A stretch of DNA of 64,000 bases from Candidatus Saccharimonadota bacterium (lineage in GTDB: Bacteria > Patescibacteriota > Saccharimonadia > Saccharimonadales > UBA4665): positions 1,179 through 65,178 of the forward strand of contig DAHXLE010000012.1 of NCBI GenBank assembly GCA_027371825.1, in the 5' to 3' direction. Under the pieces are notes generated by a model, which had not been told where the DNA came from, did no database searches, and was given only the letters and a program-made list of their open reading frames with translations. Of the stretch, positions 38,585-49,214 are shown piece after piece (position 1 is the first letter of the stretch; every line of letters starts with the position of its first letter). The position numbers and the translations under genes were made by a program.

Positions 38585-40023
38585 TCAACAGTTTCTTTTT
38601 TTACGATCTTGAAACAAGCGGGTTTGACCCAAAAGAAGCCCGTATTATGCAATTTGCGGGGCGCAGAACGGATATGGATCTTAAATACATCGGAGACCCT
38701 ATCAATGTTCTTATGCGTATGACGGATGACGTGTTACCGGACCCTAGCGCCATTTTATTAACAGGAATAACCCCTCAAAAAACAATCCAGGAGGGTATTA
38801 CAGAGGCAGAGTTTATGAAACTTTTCTATCAACAGATTGCAATAGCCGGTACGATATTTGTGGGGTTTAATTCCGTTCGTTTTGATGATGAGTTTATGCG
38901 TTACCTTCATTATCGTAACTTCTATGATGCTTATGAATGGCAGTGGAAAGATGACCGCAGCAAGTGGGACATATTAGATGTTGCACGTATGACAAGGGCC
39001 CTGAGACCAGAGGGAATAAATTGGCCGGTCGGACGAGACGGGGTGGCTGCTAACAGATTGGTAGATTTATCGGCAGCCAACAGCTTAGACCATCTTTCGG
39101 CTCACGACGCTTTAAGTGACGTGGATGCCACGATCGGGGTTGCTCGATTAATTAAAGTCAATCAGCCCAGGTTATTCGAGTATCTATTGAACATGAGGAC
39201 CAAAAAATCGGTTGAAAAATTAGTGCAAAGCGGCCAGCCATTCGTCTATACAAGCGGTAAATACGACTCGTTGTATGAAAAAACCTCAGTGGTAGCAATG
39301 GTTTCAAAACACCCTAATCAAGAAGCTGCTTTAGTTTATGATTTACGCTTCGACCCAACCCCTTTTTCGGAGCTTTCGCCCGAAGAGTTAGCCGATGCCT
39401 GGTCGTGGCATGATAATATTACCGATTCCTTAGTTTTACCCGTAAAGACCCTTAAGTATAATCGTTGTCCAGCCGTCGCACCTTTATCCGTACTTGATAA
39501 AAACAGCCTGAAAAGATTACGGCTACGGACGGAAACCATAGAAGAAAACCACAAAAAACTAGATAACCTTACTGATTTCCCCGAAAGATTACAAAGAGCA
39601 CTTGCTATCATGGATAAAAAACGTGAATCAACAGCCGCGCGGTACGACACTTTCGTTGACGGTATGCTTTATACCGGGTTTGTGTCTCCTGAAGATAAGA
39701 AAAAAATGTCGATGGTTAGGGCGCTAACGACTAATAACTTTAACGCCACTAATATAGTCTTTAAGGACGAGAGATTAAATGAACTCTTGCTACTTTACCA
39801 GGCCCGCAATTATAGGACATCGTTGAGCGATGAAGCTCGTCATGCGTGGGAAGCGTATAGATTTAAAAAATTGACGACCGGCGGCAATAGCAGTCGCATA
39901 ACCCGATTTTCTATTGCACTGCAGAGCGCATATAAAAATCCTAAGTTATCCAGTCGAGAGCGAGCTATTCTGGAAGAGTTACAGCTTTATGCGGAGAGCA
40001 TTATGCCTGCAAACGACGACTAG
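38581..40023 (+). CDS. sbcB: exodeoxyribonuclease I
   Basis: The DEDDh motifs are FFFYDLETSGFDP..QFAG, FNSVRFDDEF and HDALSDV. At 480 aa it has the ExoI length. The start overlaps the obg stop as ATGA. Confidence 0.88.
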   Translation: MINSFFFYDLETSGFDPKEARIMQFAGRRTDMDLKYIGDPINVLMRMTDDVLPDPSAILLTGITPQKTIQEGITEAEFMKLFYQQIAIAGTIFVGFNSVRFDDEFMRYLHYRNFYDAYEWQWKDDRSKWDILDVARMTRALRPEGINWPVGRDGVAANRLVDLSAANSLDHLSAHDALSDVDATIGVARLIKVNQPRLFEYLLNMRTKKSVEKLVQSGQPFVYTSGKYDSLYEKTSVVAMVSKHPNQEAALVYDLRFDPTPFSELSPEELADAWSWHDNITDSLVLPVKTLKYNRCPAVAPLSVLDKNSLKRLRLRTETIEENHKKLDNLTDFPERLQRALAIMDKKRESTAARYDTFVDGMLYTGFVSPEDKKKMSMVRALTTNNFNATNIVFKDERLNELLLLYQARNYRTSLSDEARHAWEAYRFKKLTTGGNSSRITRFSIALQSAYKNPKLSSRERAILEELQLYAESIMPANDD

Positions 40024-40189
40024 CGCGGAAAAATACCACAATTAGCAGTAAAGTCCGGACAAAGTGACGACTACGAATAAATCTAATCAGGAGCCAGCAG
40101 GTCAAACAGATTGTTCCGATGATCCATGTCGCAAAAGTAATTTGAATATGGGTTCCCGGTATCAACCCGAGAACAATAAAACTGTCCAT
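40001..40189 (-). CDS. small hydrophobic protein, unknown function
   Basis: The 62-aa ORF has two hydrophobic segments (FIVLGLIPGTHIQITFATWIIGTICLTCWLLI). It overlaps the sbcB 3' end by 23 nt in convergent orientation. Support is weak. Confidence 0.35.
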   Translation of the reverse strand: MDSFIVLGLIPGTHIQITFATWIIGTICLTCWLLIRFIRSRHFVRTLLLIVVFFRASRRLQA

Positions 40190-40316
40190 TGTAATATTGA
40201 CCTACCTGCCCTAAATATTTAATTCGGAATATATACCCAAGTAGCATAATTGTCAATATGATAGTATAAATGCTTAAGCCTATTATATTTGTTATTTTAG
40301 GATTACAATAATATTA

Positions 40317-40958
40317 ATGGTAAGGCAATCGGGCGGTCGTCGACATTCAATATATAACTCAGTCAGCGCCTGCCGCAATGTTAACTTTGAAAATAAGAAT
40401 TTACAAGATTTTGTCAACGGAGTTGGTCGGGGAATTGCCGGCACGGGAATTACGTGTTCGCTTGGCTCTATGTCGCTAAAACTCATGGAGTCTATAGAAT
40501 TTGAAGGGCTATTAGCTCAACTGACTCCCTACGTCCAAAATCATGTTGATACCAGAGATCTGTGCGAAGAACTAAACGCTGTACTTGCCAATAGGCCTCC
40601 TAAAATAGACCTAGTCTCTGACGGAATTGGACTGTTCGGCGAAAGGCCTGCCAGGAGGAGCTATCTAGACGCTAGGTTAGGTTTCCGGGCTGTACTCGGT
40701 TCAAATCCGGAGCTTGTTGAAGATCTTAATAGCATCAACAACGTACTGAGTAACAATAACCTCGGCACCCTAGTTACGGCTTCACGGCGAACGCTACGCT
40801 TAACTTTCGCAAATGTCAGTACTGAGCGCATCACGAGAGGTCAAGGAGAAAATCCTCATTTGTTAATTCCTTCCGGAGCGGTCATACCCGGTGAAATTGC
40901 TTTAGAGGAAGCATACTCATTCAATCTATCTCCTAACAACCTAAGAGTATGGCTCTAG
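40317..40958 (+). CDS. hypothetical protein
   Basis: The ORF is 213 aa. The true start may be an internal Met near 40470 (MSLKLMESIEFEG..). No family was recognised. Confidence 0.5.
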   Translation: MVRQSGGRRHSIYNSVSACRNVNFENKNLQDFVNGVGRGIAGTGITCSLGSMSLKLMESIEFEGLLAQLTPYVQNHVDTRDLCEELNAVLANRPPKIDLVSDGIGLFGERPARRSYLDARLGFRAVLGSNPELVEDLNSINNVLSNNNLGTLVTASRRTLRLTFANVSTERITRGQGENPHLLIPSGAVIPGEIALEEAYSFNLSPNNLRVWL

Positions 40959-41011
40959 AACAAAAAGTCTGTGACCTCCTACTATAGATTTTAGACTGAT
41001 TTTGGCGTACA

Positions 41012-43840
41012 ATGTCTCAACTTATGGCGGAGAATATAGTCGTTGTTGGGGCAAGAGAACATAATCTCAAAAACATCAGTGTTCAGCTGCCGCGCGAAAA
41101 GTTAGTCGTTATTACGGGATTGTCTGGTTCCGGCAAGTCATCTCTGGCCTTTGATACTATCTATGCCGAGGGACAGCGTCGTTATGTCGAAAGCCTTAGT
41201 GCTTACGCCCGGCAGTTCTTGGGGCTGATGGAGAAACCCGATGTTGATCAGATTGACGGACTAAGCCCGGCAATTTCCATTGATCAGAAATCCACTAGTC
41301 GTAATCCCAGAAGTACCGTAGCAACCGTTACCGAGATATACGATTATCTTCGACTCCTCTTTGCTCGTATAGGTATTCCGCATTGCCCTATTTGCAATAA
41401 AGAAGTGAAGCAACAAACAGCCGCCAACATCATAGATCAGATAGCTACGATGCCTAAAGACAGTCGCGTGATGATTCTTGCGCCGGTTGTTGTCGACAAA
41501 AAAGGAGCATTTGAACACATCCCGGAGCAATATCTAAGAGCCGGTTTTGCCCGATCGAGGGTAGATGGCGTGGTTTATGCCCTAGACGAATTTCCCGTTC
41601 TTGACAAAAACTTTAAGCATAATATAGAAATAGTGGTTGATCGATTGGTTATTAATGAAGAGAACCGCAGTCGCCTGGCTCAGAGTATAGAACAGGCTCT
41701 AGAAGTTGCCGGAGGTAAACTATCGGTACTAGACGCCGACTCATCGATATTAAATAGCTACAGTTTGATGTATGCATGCGTTGACCATCCGGAGATTGCT
41801 ATACCGGAGCTGGAACCTCGAACTTTCAGTTTTAATTCACCCCATGGGGCGTGCTTAGTTTGCACCGGTATTGGCTCCAGGCTGGAAGTTGATCCGGAGC
41901 TTGTTATCCCAAACGGTAAGTTAACCATCAAAGAAGGTGCTATCAGACCGTATAATAGGGTTAACGTCGATAACTGGTACATGAAAAAACTTCAAGCAGT
42001 GGCCGATCGTCACGGTTTTTCCCTGAGTGTTCCTACTTCGCAACTTAAGCCGTACGATATCGAGAAAATTATGTATGGTACGGGTAATGAAACCTATAGT
42101 ATTTCTATTGGCAATGGCCGGATGTTTCAAACTACCTATAGCGGAGTAGTGGCCAATCTTGAGAGGAGGCACAAAGAAACCGACAGCGATTTTATCAGGC
42201 GGGATATTGAGCGCTTTATGCAAGAAAAACCATGCTATGCCTGCAAGGGCTTACGGCTAAAACCAGAAGTTCTGGCTGTGACCATTGCCGGTAAATCAAT
42301 TATGGCGATCTGTGAGATGTCGATCGATGAAGCCATATCATTTTTTGCGTCACTCAAACTAAGTGATAGAGACACGGTTATTGCTCAACAGGTGCTAAAA
42401 GAAATTACCGCCAGACTGAAGTTTCTTAAAGACGTCGGGCTTAACTATCTAACACTTTTAAGGGGCGCCAAATCGTTAAGCGGTGGCGAAGCGCAGCGCA
42501 TAAGACTGGCGACACAAATAGGGTCTGGCTTAATGGGTGTTTTGTATGTACTGGACGAGCCCAGTATCGGGTTGCATCAGAGAGACAACGCCAGATTAAT
42601 CTCAACCCTTAAGTCGCTCAGAGATCTAGGCAACAGTGTTATAGTTGTTGAGCATGATGAAGAAACCATAAGGACTGCTGACTATTTAGTGGACATCGGG
42701 CCCGGTGCGGGCATTCACGGAGGAGAAGTAGTGGCCAGCGGGACCCCCGATGAGGTTATGAGGATAAAAGGATCAGTTACTGCCGAATATCTAAGGGGCG
42801 AACTCGTTATAAAAACTCCCAAGAAACGTCGCATCGGAACCGGCAAAGCATTGGTGATACGCGGCGCCAGAGAAAATAACCTGAAAAACATAGACGTTAG
42901 TATCCCCCTCGGAAAGTTGGTGGTGGTTAGCGGGGTGTCCGGGTCGGGTAAATCTTCGCTTATTAATGACATTTTAGCCAAAGAGCTTCTTGCCAGGTTG
43001 CATCGAGCCGCATCGGTGTCAGGTCGCCACGACGACATAGAAAATGTTAAGGAACTAGACAAAGTTATCATAATCGATCAATCACCCATAGGACGCACTC
43101 CTCGATCCAATCCGGCGACTTACACCGGTATGTTTACGCCTATACGAGAACTGTTCGCGCAACTACCCGAGGCCAAATTGAGGGGATACACCGCCGGACG
43201 ATTCAGCTTTAACGTCAAAGGTGGAAGGTGTGAAAATTGTGCTGGTGATGGAATTATTAAGATAGAAATGCATTTTTTGCCGGATGTGTATGTGCCGTGT
43301 GAAGTATGTCATGGTAAGAGATATAACCGTGAGGCTCTGGAGATTCACTACAAAGGCAAGACAATATCCGATGTTCTAGGCATGACGTGTGAGCAGGGGT
43401 TGGAGTTTTTTGCCAACATACCGGCTATTGCTCGTAAACTTCAAACGCTAGTAGACGTAGGTCTCGGGTATATTTCATTGGGGCAACCGGCTACTCAGTT
43501 GTCCGGCGGAGAAGCGCAACGCATCAAACTCGCCAGTGAACTGTCTAGGCGTCCAACAGGCCGGACTTTGTATATATTGGACGAACCGACGACCGGGTTA
43601 CATATGGCCGATGTCAGTAAGCTTTTAGATGTGCTACACGCACTCGTTGACGCCGGTAATAGCATGGTTGTTATTGAACACAATCTGGATGTTATAAAAA
43701 ATGCCGATTGGTTAATAGATATGGGGCCAGAAGGCGGTGATGCTGGCGGACAAGTCATAGCAGAGGGTACGCCCGAGCAGGTGGCTCGAGTAATCAGTAG
43801 CTATACCGGCCAGTATCTTAAACACGTTCTGGCTCAATAA
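41012..43840 (+). CDS. uvrA: excinuclease ABC subunit A
   Basis: It is 942 aa. The two ABC modules carry [14 protein letters not shown] and [13 protein letters not shown]. The signature motifs are LSGGEAQR, present twice. The Zn-finger Cys pairs are CPICNK and [14 protein letters not shown]. Confidence 0.97.
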   Translation: MSQLMAENIVVVGAREHNLKNISVQLPREKLVVITGLSGSGKSSLAFDTIYAEGQRRYVESLSAYARQFLGLMEKPDVDQIDGLSPAISIDQKSTSRNPRSTVATVTEIYDYLRLLFARIGIPHCPICNKEVKQQTAANIIDQIATMPKDSRVMILAPVVVDKKGAFEHIPEQYLRAGFARSRVDGVVYALDEFPVLDKNFKHNIEIVVDRLVINEENRSRLAQSIEQALEVAGGKLSVLDADSSILNSYSLMYACVDHPEIAIPELEPRTFSFNSPHGACLVCTGIGSRLEVDPELVIPNGKLTIKEGAIRPYNRVNVDNWYMKKLQAVADRHGFSLSVPTSQLKPYDIEKIMYGTGNETYSISIGNGRMFQTTYSGVVANLERRHKETDSDFIRRDIERFMQEKPCYACKGLRLKPEVLAVTIAGKSIMAICEMSIDEAISFFASLKLSDRDTVIAQQVLKEITARLKFLKDVGLNYLTLLRGAKSLSGGEAQRIRLATQIGSGLMGVLYVLDEPSIGLHQRDNARLISTLKSLRDLGNSVIVVEHDEETIRTADYLVDIGPGAGIHGGEVVASGTPDEVMRIKGSVTAEYLRGELVIKTPKKRRIGTGKALVIRGARENNLKNIDVSIPLGKLVVVSGVSGSGKSSLINDILAKELLARLHRAASVSGRHDDIENVKELDKVIIIDQSPIGRTPRSNPATYTGMFTPIRELFAQLPEAKLRGYTAGRFSFNVKGGRCENCAGDGIIKIEMHFLPDVYVPCEVCHGKRYNREALEIHYKGKTISDVLGMTCEQGLEFFANIPAIARKLQTLVDVGLGYISLGQPATQLSGGEAQRIKLASELSRRPTGRTLYILDEPTTGLHMADVSKLLDVLHALVDAGNSMVVIEHNLDVIKNADWLIDMGPEGGDAGGQVIAEGTPEQVARVISSYTGQYLKHVLAQ

Positions 43841-44041
43841 CTTCCCGTATTAGATGGTTCTTGCGGCACAAAATCTTGTCAGGTTGTTCTGAGCTACAGT
43901 AGACCCATTGTATTATGAACTTTCCTTTTTACCGGTATATTCAAAAACACAAACTTAATGTATAATTACTCTAACTTACAACACATAGCTTAAGAGTGCA
44001 TTGTTAGTATCAATGTAAGGCGAAGGAGAGCCAAGAATATT

Positions 44042-44770
44042 ATGTCTGAAGATGTTAACCTAACCCTGGAAACACGCGATGTCGTCGGCAAGGCAGTTAA
44101 GAAGCTGCGCCGCGAAGGTTTTTTGCCCGGCGTAATTCATGACCATGGCAAAACATCGATTGCGGTTGTGGGCAAGTACAACGAAGTTCTTAAAGCCTAC
44201 CAGGAAGCCGGTAAACATCATCCAATCAAGGTAAAAATCGGGAACAAAAACTATACCACGCTTGTTAAAACTGCTACTTACGACCCCAAGGCTAACGTCC
44301 TAAATCACATAGTCTTTGGCGCCGTACAGGCTAATGAGAAAGTAACGACCGAGATACCCATCAAGTTAAGTGAAGATATCCCCGCCGAGCGCGCCAGTTT
44401 GATAGTTATCATTCAGCTAGATAGCGTAGAGGTAGAAGCATTGGCCAGTAGTCTGCCGGACGAGTTGTTAGTAGACGCTTCCGGACTAGTAGAGATCGGG
44501 GATAAATTAACGGTTGCAGATATTAAAGCACCGGAGGGTGTTGTTATTCTGACCGAACCGGAGCATGCCATTGCTACGGTCTATGAGCCGGGTGCTTTAG
44601 CTGCTGCTAACGATGCAGCAGGTGGTGACGCCGAACCAGAAGAGGCCGAAAATGTCGAATCCGAGCACGATAGTAGCGCGGTAGAGGGCACCCAAGCAGA
44701 TGAAATTCGCCCAGGCGGTAAAGAACAGCTAGAGAGCAAAGACCAAGGACGAAATCCGGAGAAAAAATAA
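44042..44770 (+). CDS. rplY: 50S ribosomal protein L25/general stress protein Ctc
   Basis: The N-terminus is LETRDVVGKAVKKLRREGFLPGVIH. It has a two-domain Ctc-type body and an acidic C-terminal tail. The SD is AAGGAGAG. Confidence 0.9.
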   Translation: MSEDVNLTLETRDVVGKAVKKLRREGFLPGVIHDHGKTSIAVVGKYNEVLKAYQEAGKHHPIKVKIGNKNYTTLVKTATYDPKANVLNHIVFGAVQANEKVTTEIPIKLSEDIPAERASLIVIIQLDSVEVEALASSLPDELLVDASGLVEIGDKLTVADIKAPEGVVILTEPEHAIATVYEPGALAAANDAAGGDAEPEEAENVESEHDSSAVEGTQADEIRPGGKEQLESKDQGRNPEKK

Positions 44771-45084
44771 TCGTCAGCCTCGATGCCCATTCAACCAGAA
44801 TTCTCTTTAATTGATGTGCCAATAGTTTTTACAAATAGACTGCTATGTTTGTGTGGTTTTGTGATGAGTGATTCGTATATATTCTGACTATACCCGAAAA
44901 TAATATTTCCGTTATATTATTGTCGTTGTTATCTTGAAATGCCGTATTAGCTCCGGATATTCAAGTATTTTTCTTGATTAAAAACTTTGCAGCTATGCTG
45001 TTAAGGTACAAGAATTATGCCAAACGTGGCAAGAAATTTTAAGAACTTCTTGCTAAAATGTAATTTAGCTAAGAAGTATTTGCT

Positions 45085-45621
45085 TTGAAATACAAACCAC
45101 CAATAAACGTAGACATCTCTAATAATCCCTGGAACGAAGGTCATGTTTTGGGAGTTGTTTTATCGCCGAGGGTAGTTATCCCGGAAACAGCAAGCGCGGG
45201 AACGGAGTGGGAAGTTAGCTCTTATCTCCAAGAAGCCAAAGTTAACCTAGGCATTACACAATATCCAGATGGCGCCAAGCCTTCAATGACGATACAGCAA
45301 TGCTTGAGCGTTGTTGCTCTTGACCTGACTGAATACGATCTTCCGACCTATCGCCCCGAATTTGAGCGACTGGTTGGCCTAGCCCTTGACCAAATACCCG
45401 ATCGACCAACCCATTTGAATGCTACTATTAACACAGCCGAACAGCTTAGCAACATGACAACCTTAGCTAGATATCTCGGTAGAATGTGCGGCACTGATGC
45501 TAAGGCAGAAGATTTTTTCCCGTCAAACGATTATGAAAAATACTGGTTATTACACCAGCGGAATGTTCTTGTGTCATCCGGGCATCAATTCACTATCCCC
45601 GAACACGCCTTGAGCATATAA
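45085..45621 (+). CDS. hypothetical protein
   Basis: The ORF is 178 aa with a TTG start. It follows a 314-nt AT-rich gap. No family was recognised. Confidence 0.5.
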   Translation: MKYKPPINVDISNNPWNEGHVLGVVLSPRVVIPETASAGTEWEVSSYLQEAKVNLGITQYPDGAKPSMTIQQCLSVVALDLTEYDLPTYRPEFERLVGLALDQIPDRPTHLNATINTAEQLSNMTTLARYLGRMCGTDAKAEDFFPSNDYEKYWLLHQRNVLVSSGHQFTIPEHALSI

Positions 45622-45631
45622 TAAGCGGTGA

Positions 45632-47161
45632 ATGCTGAGCCCTGTTATAGAAGCAAAACTTAAGGATCTACCTAAAAACCCCGGAGTCTATTTTCATAAA
45701 GACGCACGAGGCGAAATTATTTATGTTGGTAAAGCCGCGGTACTGAATAGTCGCGTCAGACAGTATTTTCAAAAATCCCGGAATCGAGATCCAAAAACCG
45801 ACAGTCTCGTAGCCGAAATAGCCGACTTTGATTGGATGGTAGTTGATTCTGAAATGGAGGCACTGTTCTTAGAGGCTGAGATGATCCGGCGCTACATGCC
45901 CCGCTTCAATATTTTATTGCGGGATGACAAAAGCCTTAGCTTTATAAGGATAGATTATGCCAGCGATTTTCCGACTGTCAGTCTAACGCGACGACCGCTA
46001 GATGACGGCGCAAAATACTTCGGACCTTTTCTAAGCGCTTTAAGTGTTCGTCAGGCGTTAAGGGGGTTAAGGAGAGTGTTTCCGTATGCTACGCACCGTA
46101 TACCGGGCCAAAAAAGAGCTACGCTACAGTATCATCTCGGCCTGGACCCGGGGCTTGAGGACGGCCGAACAACACTCCGTGATTATCGGGCGAATTTAAG
46201 AAAACTGATGGCTGTTATTCAGGGTAAGACAAAATCGGTAGAGAACGATCTGGAAGCCGAGATGAAGCAATTAGCTAAAGCCGCTGAATTTGAAAAAGCT
46301 GCCAAGATTCGAAATCAACTTTTCGCGCTTAGAAATTTAAACCGTCAGATAATTTTTAGCGATAAAGAATTCCTGGATATAAGCAAGGATCATGCGCTTA
46401 ATGAGCTGGTAAACCTACTAGGATTATCACAATTCCCGCGTCGAATAGAGGGCTATGATATCAGTCACATGAGCGGTAGTGATGTCGTTGCGAGCATGGT
46501 TGTATTCTCGAACGGAGTTAGTGACAAAGGACAATACCGAAAATTTAAGATGAAACTACAGGTCAACAATGACTTTTTAAATATGCACGCAACAATAACC
46601 AGAAGGTTCGGCGACAAGAACATGAAACTCTGGTCCAAGCCTAACCTGGTGATCATAGACGGCGGTAAAGGACAGCTTGAGAGTGCTATAAGAGCTAGAA
46701 ACGCGATGGGGTACGAGAATATTCCATTTATGGGACTCGCCAAAAGAGAGGAGCAGATAGTACTCATGAAAGATACCAAAATCCCGGGCTCCAAGCTTAC
46801 CCTAGATAATCAAACTCTCCAAAAGCTGGGGGGCTTTTACTCAGAAAGCAATGATTTTATAGTGATTAATCTGCCGCATAATACAAATCTTATTAAACTG
46901 TTACAACGTATCAGGGACGAGAGCCACCGATTTGCTGTTAGCTACCATTCGGTGCTCAAGCGTAAGAGACAAACCAATTCTGTTTTAGAAGACATTCCAG
47001 GGGTAGGATCAGCAACAAAAAAGAAGCTTCTTAGGCATTTTGGATCCCTAAAGTCAATTACCGTCGCCGATCCTGCCGAACTTGCCTTAATTGTCGGTCA
47101 AAAAAAAGCCCACGTAATTAGCGAAACGCTATCTTTTGAGTCGGGCAAGACTACGCCTTAA
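45632..47161 (+). CDS. uvrC: excinuclease ABC subunit C
   Basis: The GIY-YIG motif is PGVYFHKDARGEIIYVGKA. The UVR domain is AAEFEKAAKIRNQLFALRNL. It has an endonuclease domain and a C-terminal HhH2 (IPGVGSATKKKLLRHFGS). At 509 aa it is compact. Confidence 0.93.
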   Translation: MLSPVIEAKLKDLPKNPGVYFHKDARGEIIYVGKAAVLNSRVRQYFQKSRNRDPKTDSLVAEIADFDWMVVDSEMEALFLEAEMIRRYMPRFNILLRDDKSLSFIRIDYASDFPTVSLTRRPLDDGAKYFGPFLSALSVRQALRGLRRVFPYATHRIPGQKRATLQYHLGLDPGLEDGRTTLRDYRANLRKLMAVIQGKTKSVENDLEAEMKQLAKAAEFEKAAKIRNQLFALRNLNRQIIFSDKEFLDISKDHALNELVNLLGLSQFPRRIEGYDISHMSGSDVVASMVVFSNGVSDKGQYRKFKMKLQVNNDFLNMHATITRRFGDKNMKLWSKPNLVIIDGGKGQLESAIRARNAMGYENIPFMGLAKREEQIVLMKDTKIPGSKLTLDNQTLQKLGGFYSESNDFIVINLPHNTNLIKLLQRIRDESHRFAVSYHSVLKRKRQTNSVLEDIPGVGSATKKKLLRHFGSLKSITVADPAELALIVGQKKAHVISETLSFESGKTTP

Positions 47162-47340
47162 CTCCCAAACTAGCCCTCAGATTAATCCGGAGAGGCTAAA
47201 ACCGAATGGTTAAACCGTACAGCTTCGGGCGTTTTTTCAACAAAAAAATCGGCTAATACGGAGAATGCATATCTGTTGGGTTATGCATTAAGTAGCATAT
47301 TAGGGTAAAATCAGAGGTGGCAATTTTTACGGAGAATCAG

Positions 47341-48552
47341 ATGGGTTTATTTAAGCAAGACTTCTTTATCGGGAACCGACGCCGTTTGCGAGAACTATTC
47401 GTTGGCACTGCTCCTATTTTGGTTACCGCCAATGGGCTGCTGCAGCGAACGGGTGACATTAATTATCCATTTACCCAAGATGCAAACTTCTGGTATCTAA
47501 GCGGACTGGATATTCCGGACTCCATGCTCCTACTCTATAAAGACAAGGAGTACGTAATTATTCCAGAAGTCAACGAATATTCCGATACTTTCAATGGCGG
47601 CGTCAACAAGGATAAGATCAAAGAACAGTCCGGGATCGATACTATTTTGGAAGGGAAGGAGGGAGACAAGTTAATAGATGCAATACTTAAAAAATCGAGA
47701 CATGTTGCTTCCTTGGCGCCTCCCAAACCTTATCTGAGTACTTATGGTATGTATACAAATCCGTCTCGCGCTGCTTTGATACGGCGTATTCGTAATACTG
47801 CCCCGCATATTGAGATATTAGATCTGAATGAACATTTGACGACGATGAGATTCGTCAAACAGTCCCCCGAAGTCGAAGCCATCAAAAACGCAGTGGGAAT
47901 AACTGCTAAAACACTATCGAACGTCCATAAGCGCCACTACGATTATGAATATGAACTTGAAGCTGACATCACTCGCAGGTTTAGGATAAGCGGCGCCGTC
48001 GGCCATGCCTATGATCCGATTGTGGCCTCAGGAAAGAATGCCACGATACTGCATTATGCCGATAACAACTGCAAGATAAATGACGGTGCATTAATTCTCG
48101 CAGACGTCGGAGCTCAATACGACCATTACGGAGCCGACATAACCAGAACTTGGAGCCAATCTAAAGCTACGCCCAGACAACAAGCCGTACTTTCAGCGGT
48201 TAACGACTCGGTGGAGTATTGCTTGTCTGAATTAAGAGCCGGTGTGGTCTATTGGGATGTGATGCAAGACCTGAGGAGATATGTAGGTGAAAAATTAAGA
48301 GAACTGGGACTTGTCAAAACCATCGATGAAGAATCCGTTTCAAGGTATTACCCTCATAGTTCGCACTATCTAGGATTAAATACTCACGACGTCGGTGATT
48401 ATCGAGCGCCGTTGTTGGCCGGAGTTGTCTTAACTATCGAACCCGGCATCTATATTAAGGAAGAGTCCATAGGAGTTAGGATAGAAGAGGATGTTTTAAT
48501 CACAGAAGACGGATATGAGAATCTAAGCGCTAATTTACCCCGAGAACTCTGA
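47341..48552 (+). CDS. pepP: Xaa-Pro aminopeptidase (M24B)
   Basis: The metal-ligand blocks are DVGAQYDHYGADITRT, HSSHYLGLNTHDVG, LTIEPGIY and RIEEDVLIT. The ORF is open from a GTG at 47317. The ATG at 47341 has the better SD (GGAGA). Confidence 0.88.
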   Translation: MGLFKQDFFIGNRRRLRELFVGTAPILVTANGLLQRTGDINYPFTQDANFWYLSGLDIPDSMLLLYKDKEYVIIPEVNEYSDTFNGGVNKDKIKEQSGIDTILEGKEGDKLIDAILKKSRHVASLAPPKPYLSTYGMYTNPSRAALIRRIRNTAPHIEILDLNEHLTTMRFVKQSPEVEAIKNAVGITAKTLSNVHKRHYDYEYELEADITRRFRISGAVGHAYDPIVASGKNATILHYADNNCKINDGALILADVGAQYDHYGADITRTWSQSKATPRQQAVLSAVNDSVEYCLSELRAGVVYWDVMQDLRRYVGEKLRELGLVKTIDEESVSRYYPHSSHYLGLNTHDVGDYRAPLLAGVVLTIEPGIYIKEESIGVRIEEDVLITEDGYENLSANLPREL

Positions 48553-48565
48553 TACAATAAGGCTT

Positions 48566-48940
48566 ATGCAGACTTTTCTTCATAAAGCATACGTTCGTTT
48601 TATTATGCGATGGCTGGCCTGTAGTTTGGGACTATGGATATCTGCTGCTGTTTTGTCCAAAGATCTGTCGTATAACAATAGCGCCATAGTTATTGTAATT
48701 GGCGGAGCAGTACTGGCTTTAATAAATATATTGATTCGGCCCGTGGTGGTAGTATTGTCTCTTCCGGCGGTGTTATTTAGCCTGGGTTTGTTCATGGTGG
48801 TCATAAACGGTTTAATGGTCCTTTTGGCATCGACTCTGTATAAACCGCTGCATGTTACGGATTTCTGGGCAGCTATAGTTGCCGGAATGATCATAGGACT
48901 GGTAAACTATCTAGTGACAACTATAGTCGAAGGCCTATGA
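48566..48940 (+). CDS. small four-TM membrane protein (YvlD/DUF360, 'phage holin 4-2'-like family)
   Basis: It is 124 aa with four hydrophobic helices. The family assignment comes from remembered architecture and sequence feel only. Confidence 0.6.
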   Translation: MQTFLHKAYVRFIMRWLACSLGLWISAAVLSKDLSYNNSAIVIVIGGAVLALINILIRPVVVVLSLPAVLFSLGLFMVVINGLMVLLASTLYKPLHVTDFWAAIVAGMIIGLVNYLVTTIVEGL

Positions 48941-49149
48941 ATATTTGGAATTACATAACTATCGGATCAATGCTGCTAATGGTGCTTTTAATATTGGTCC
49001 AAACTCGCGGCGCATCGCTCGGAGCCGGTCTGGGCGGTAGCGGCGAAGTCAATATGACGCGTCGTGGCAGCGATAAAACACTTCACGAAATGACGATTAT
49101 TACCGTTGTGGTATTCGCGGCCTCTCTGGTTCTCGGAATCATCGCATGA
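48937..49149 (+). CDS. secG: preprotein translocase subunit SecG
   Basis: It is 70 aa. Two TM helices flank a Gly-rich loop, QTRGASLGAGLGGSG. The start is an ATGA overlap. Confidence 0.75.
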   Translation: MNIWNYITIGSMLLMVLLILVQTRGASLGAGLGGSGEVNMTRRGSDKTLHEMTIITVVVFAASLVLGIIA

Positions 49150-49214
49150 AGTATTAACCATCTAACAACCTTTGAGAGAAGGCAGAGAGAGGGTCTTATC
49201 GCGAGCAACAAGTT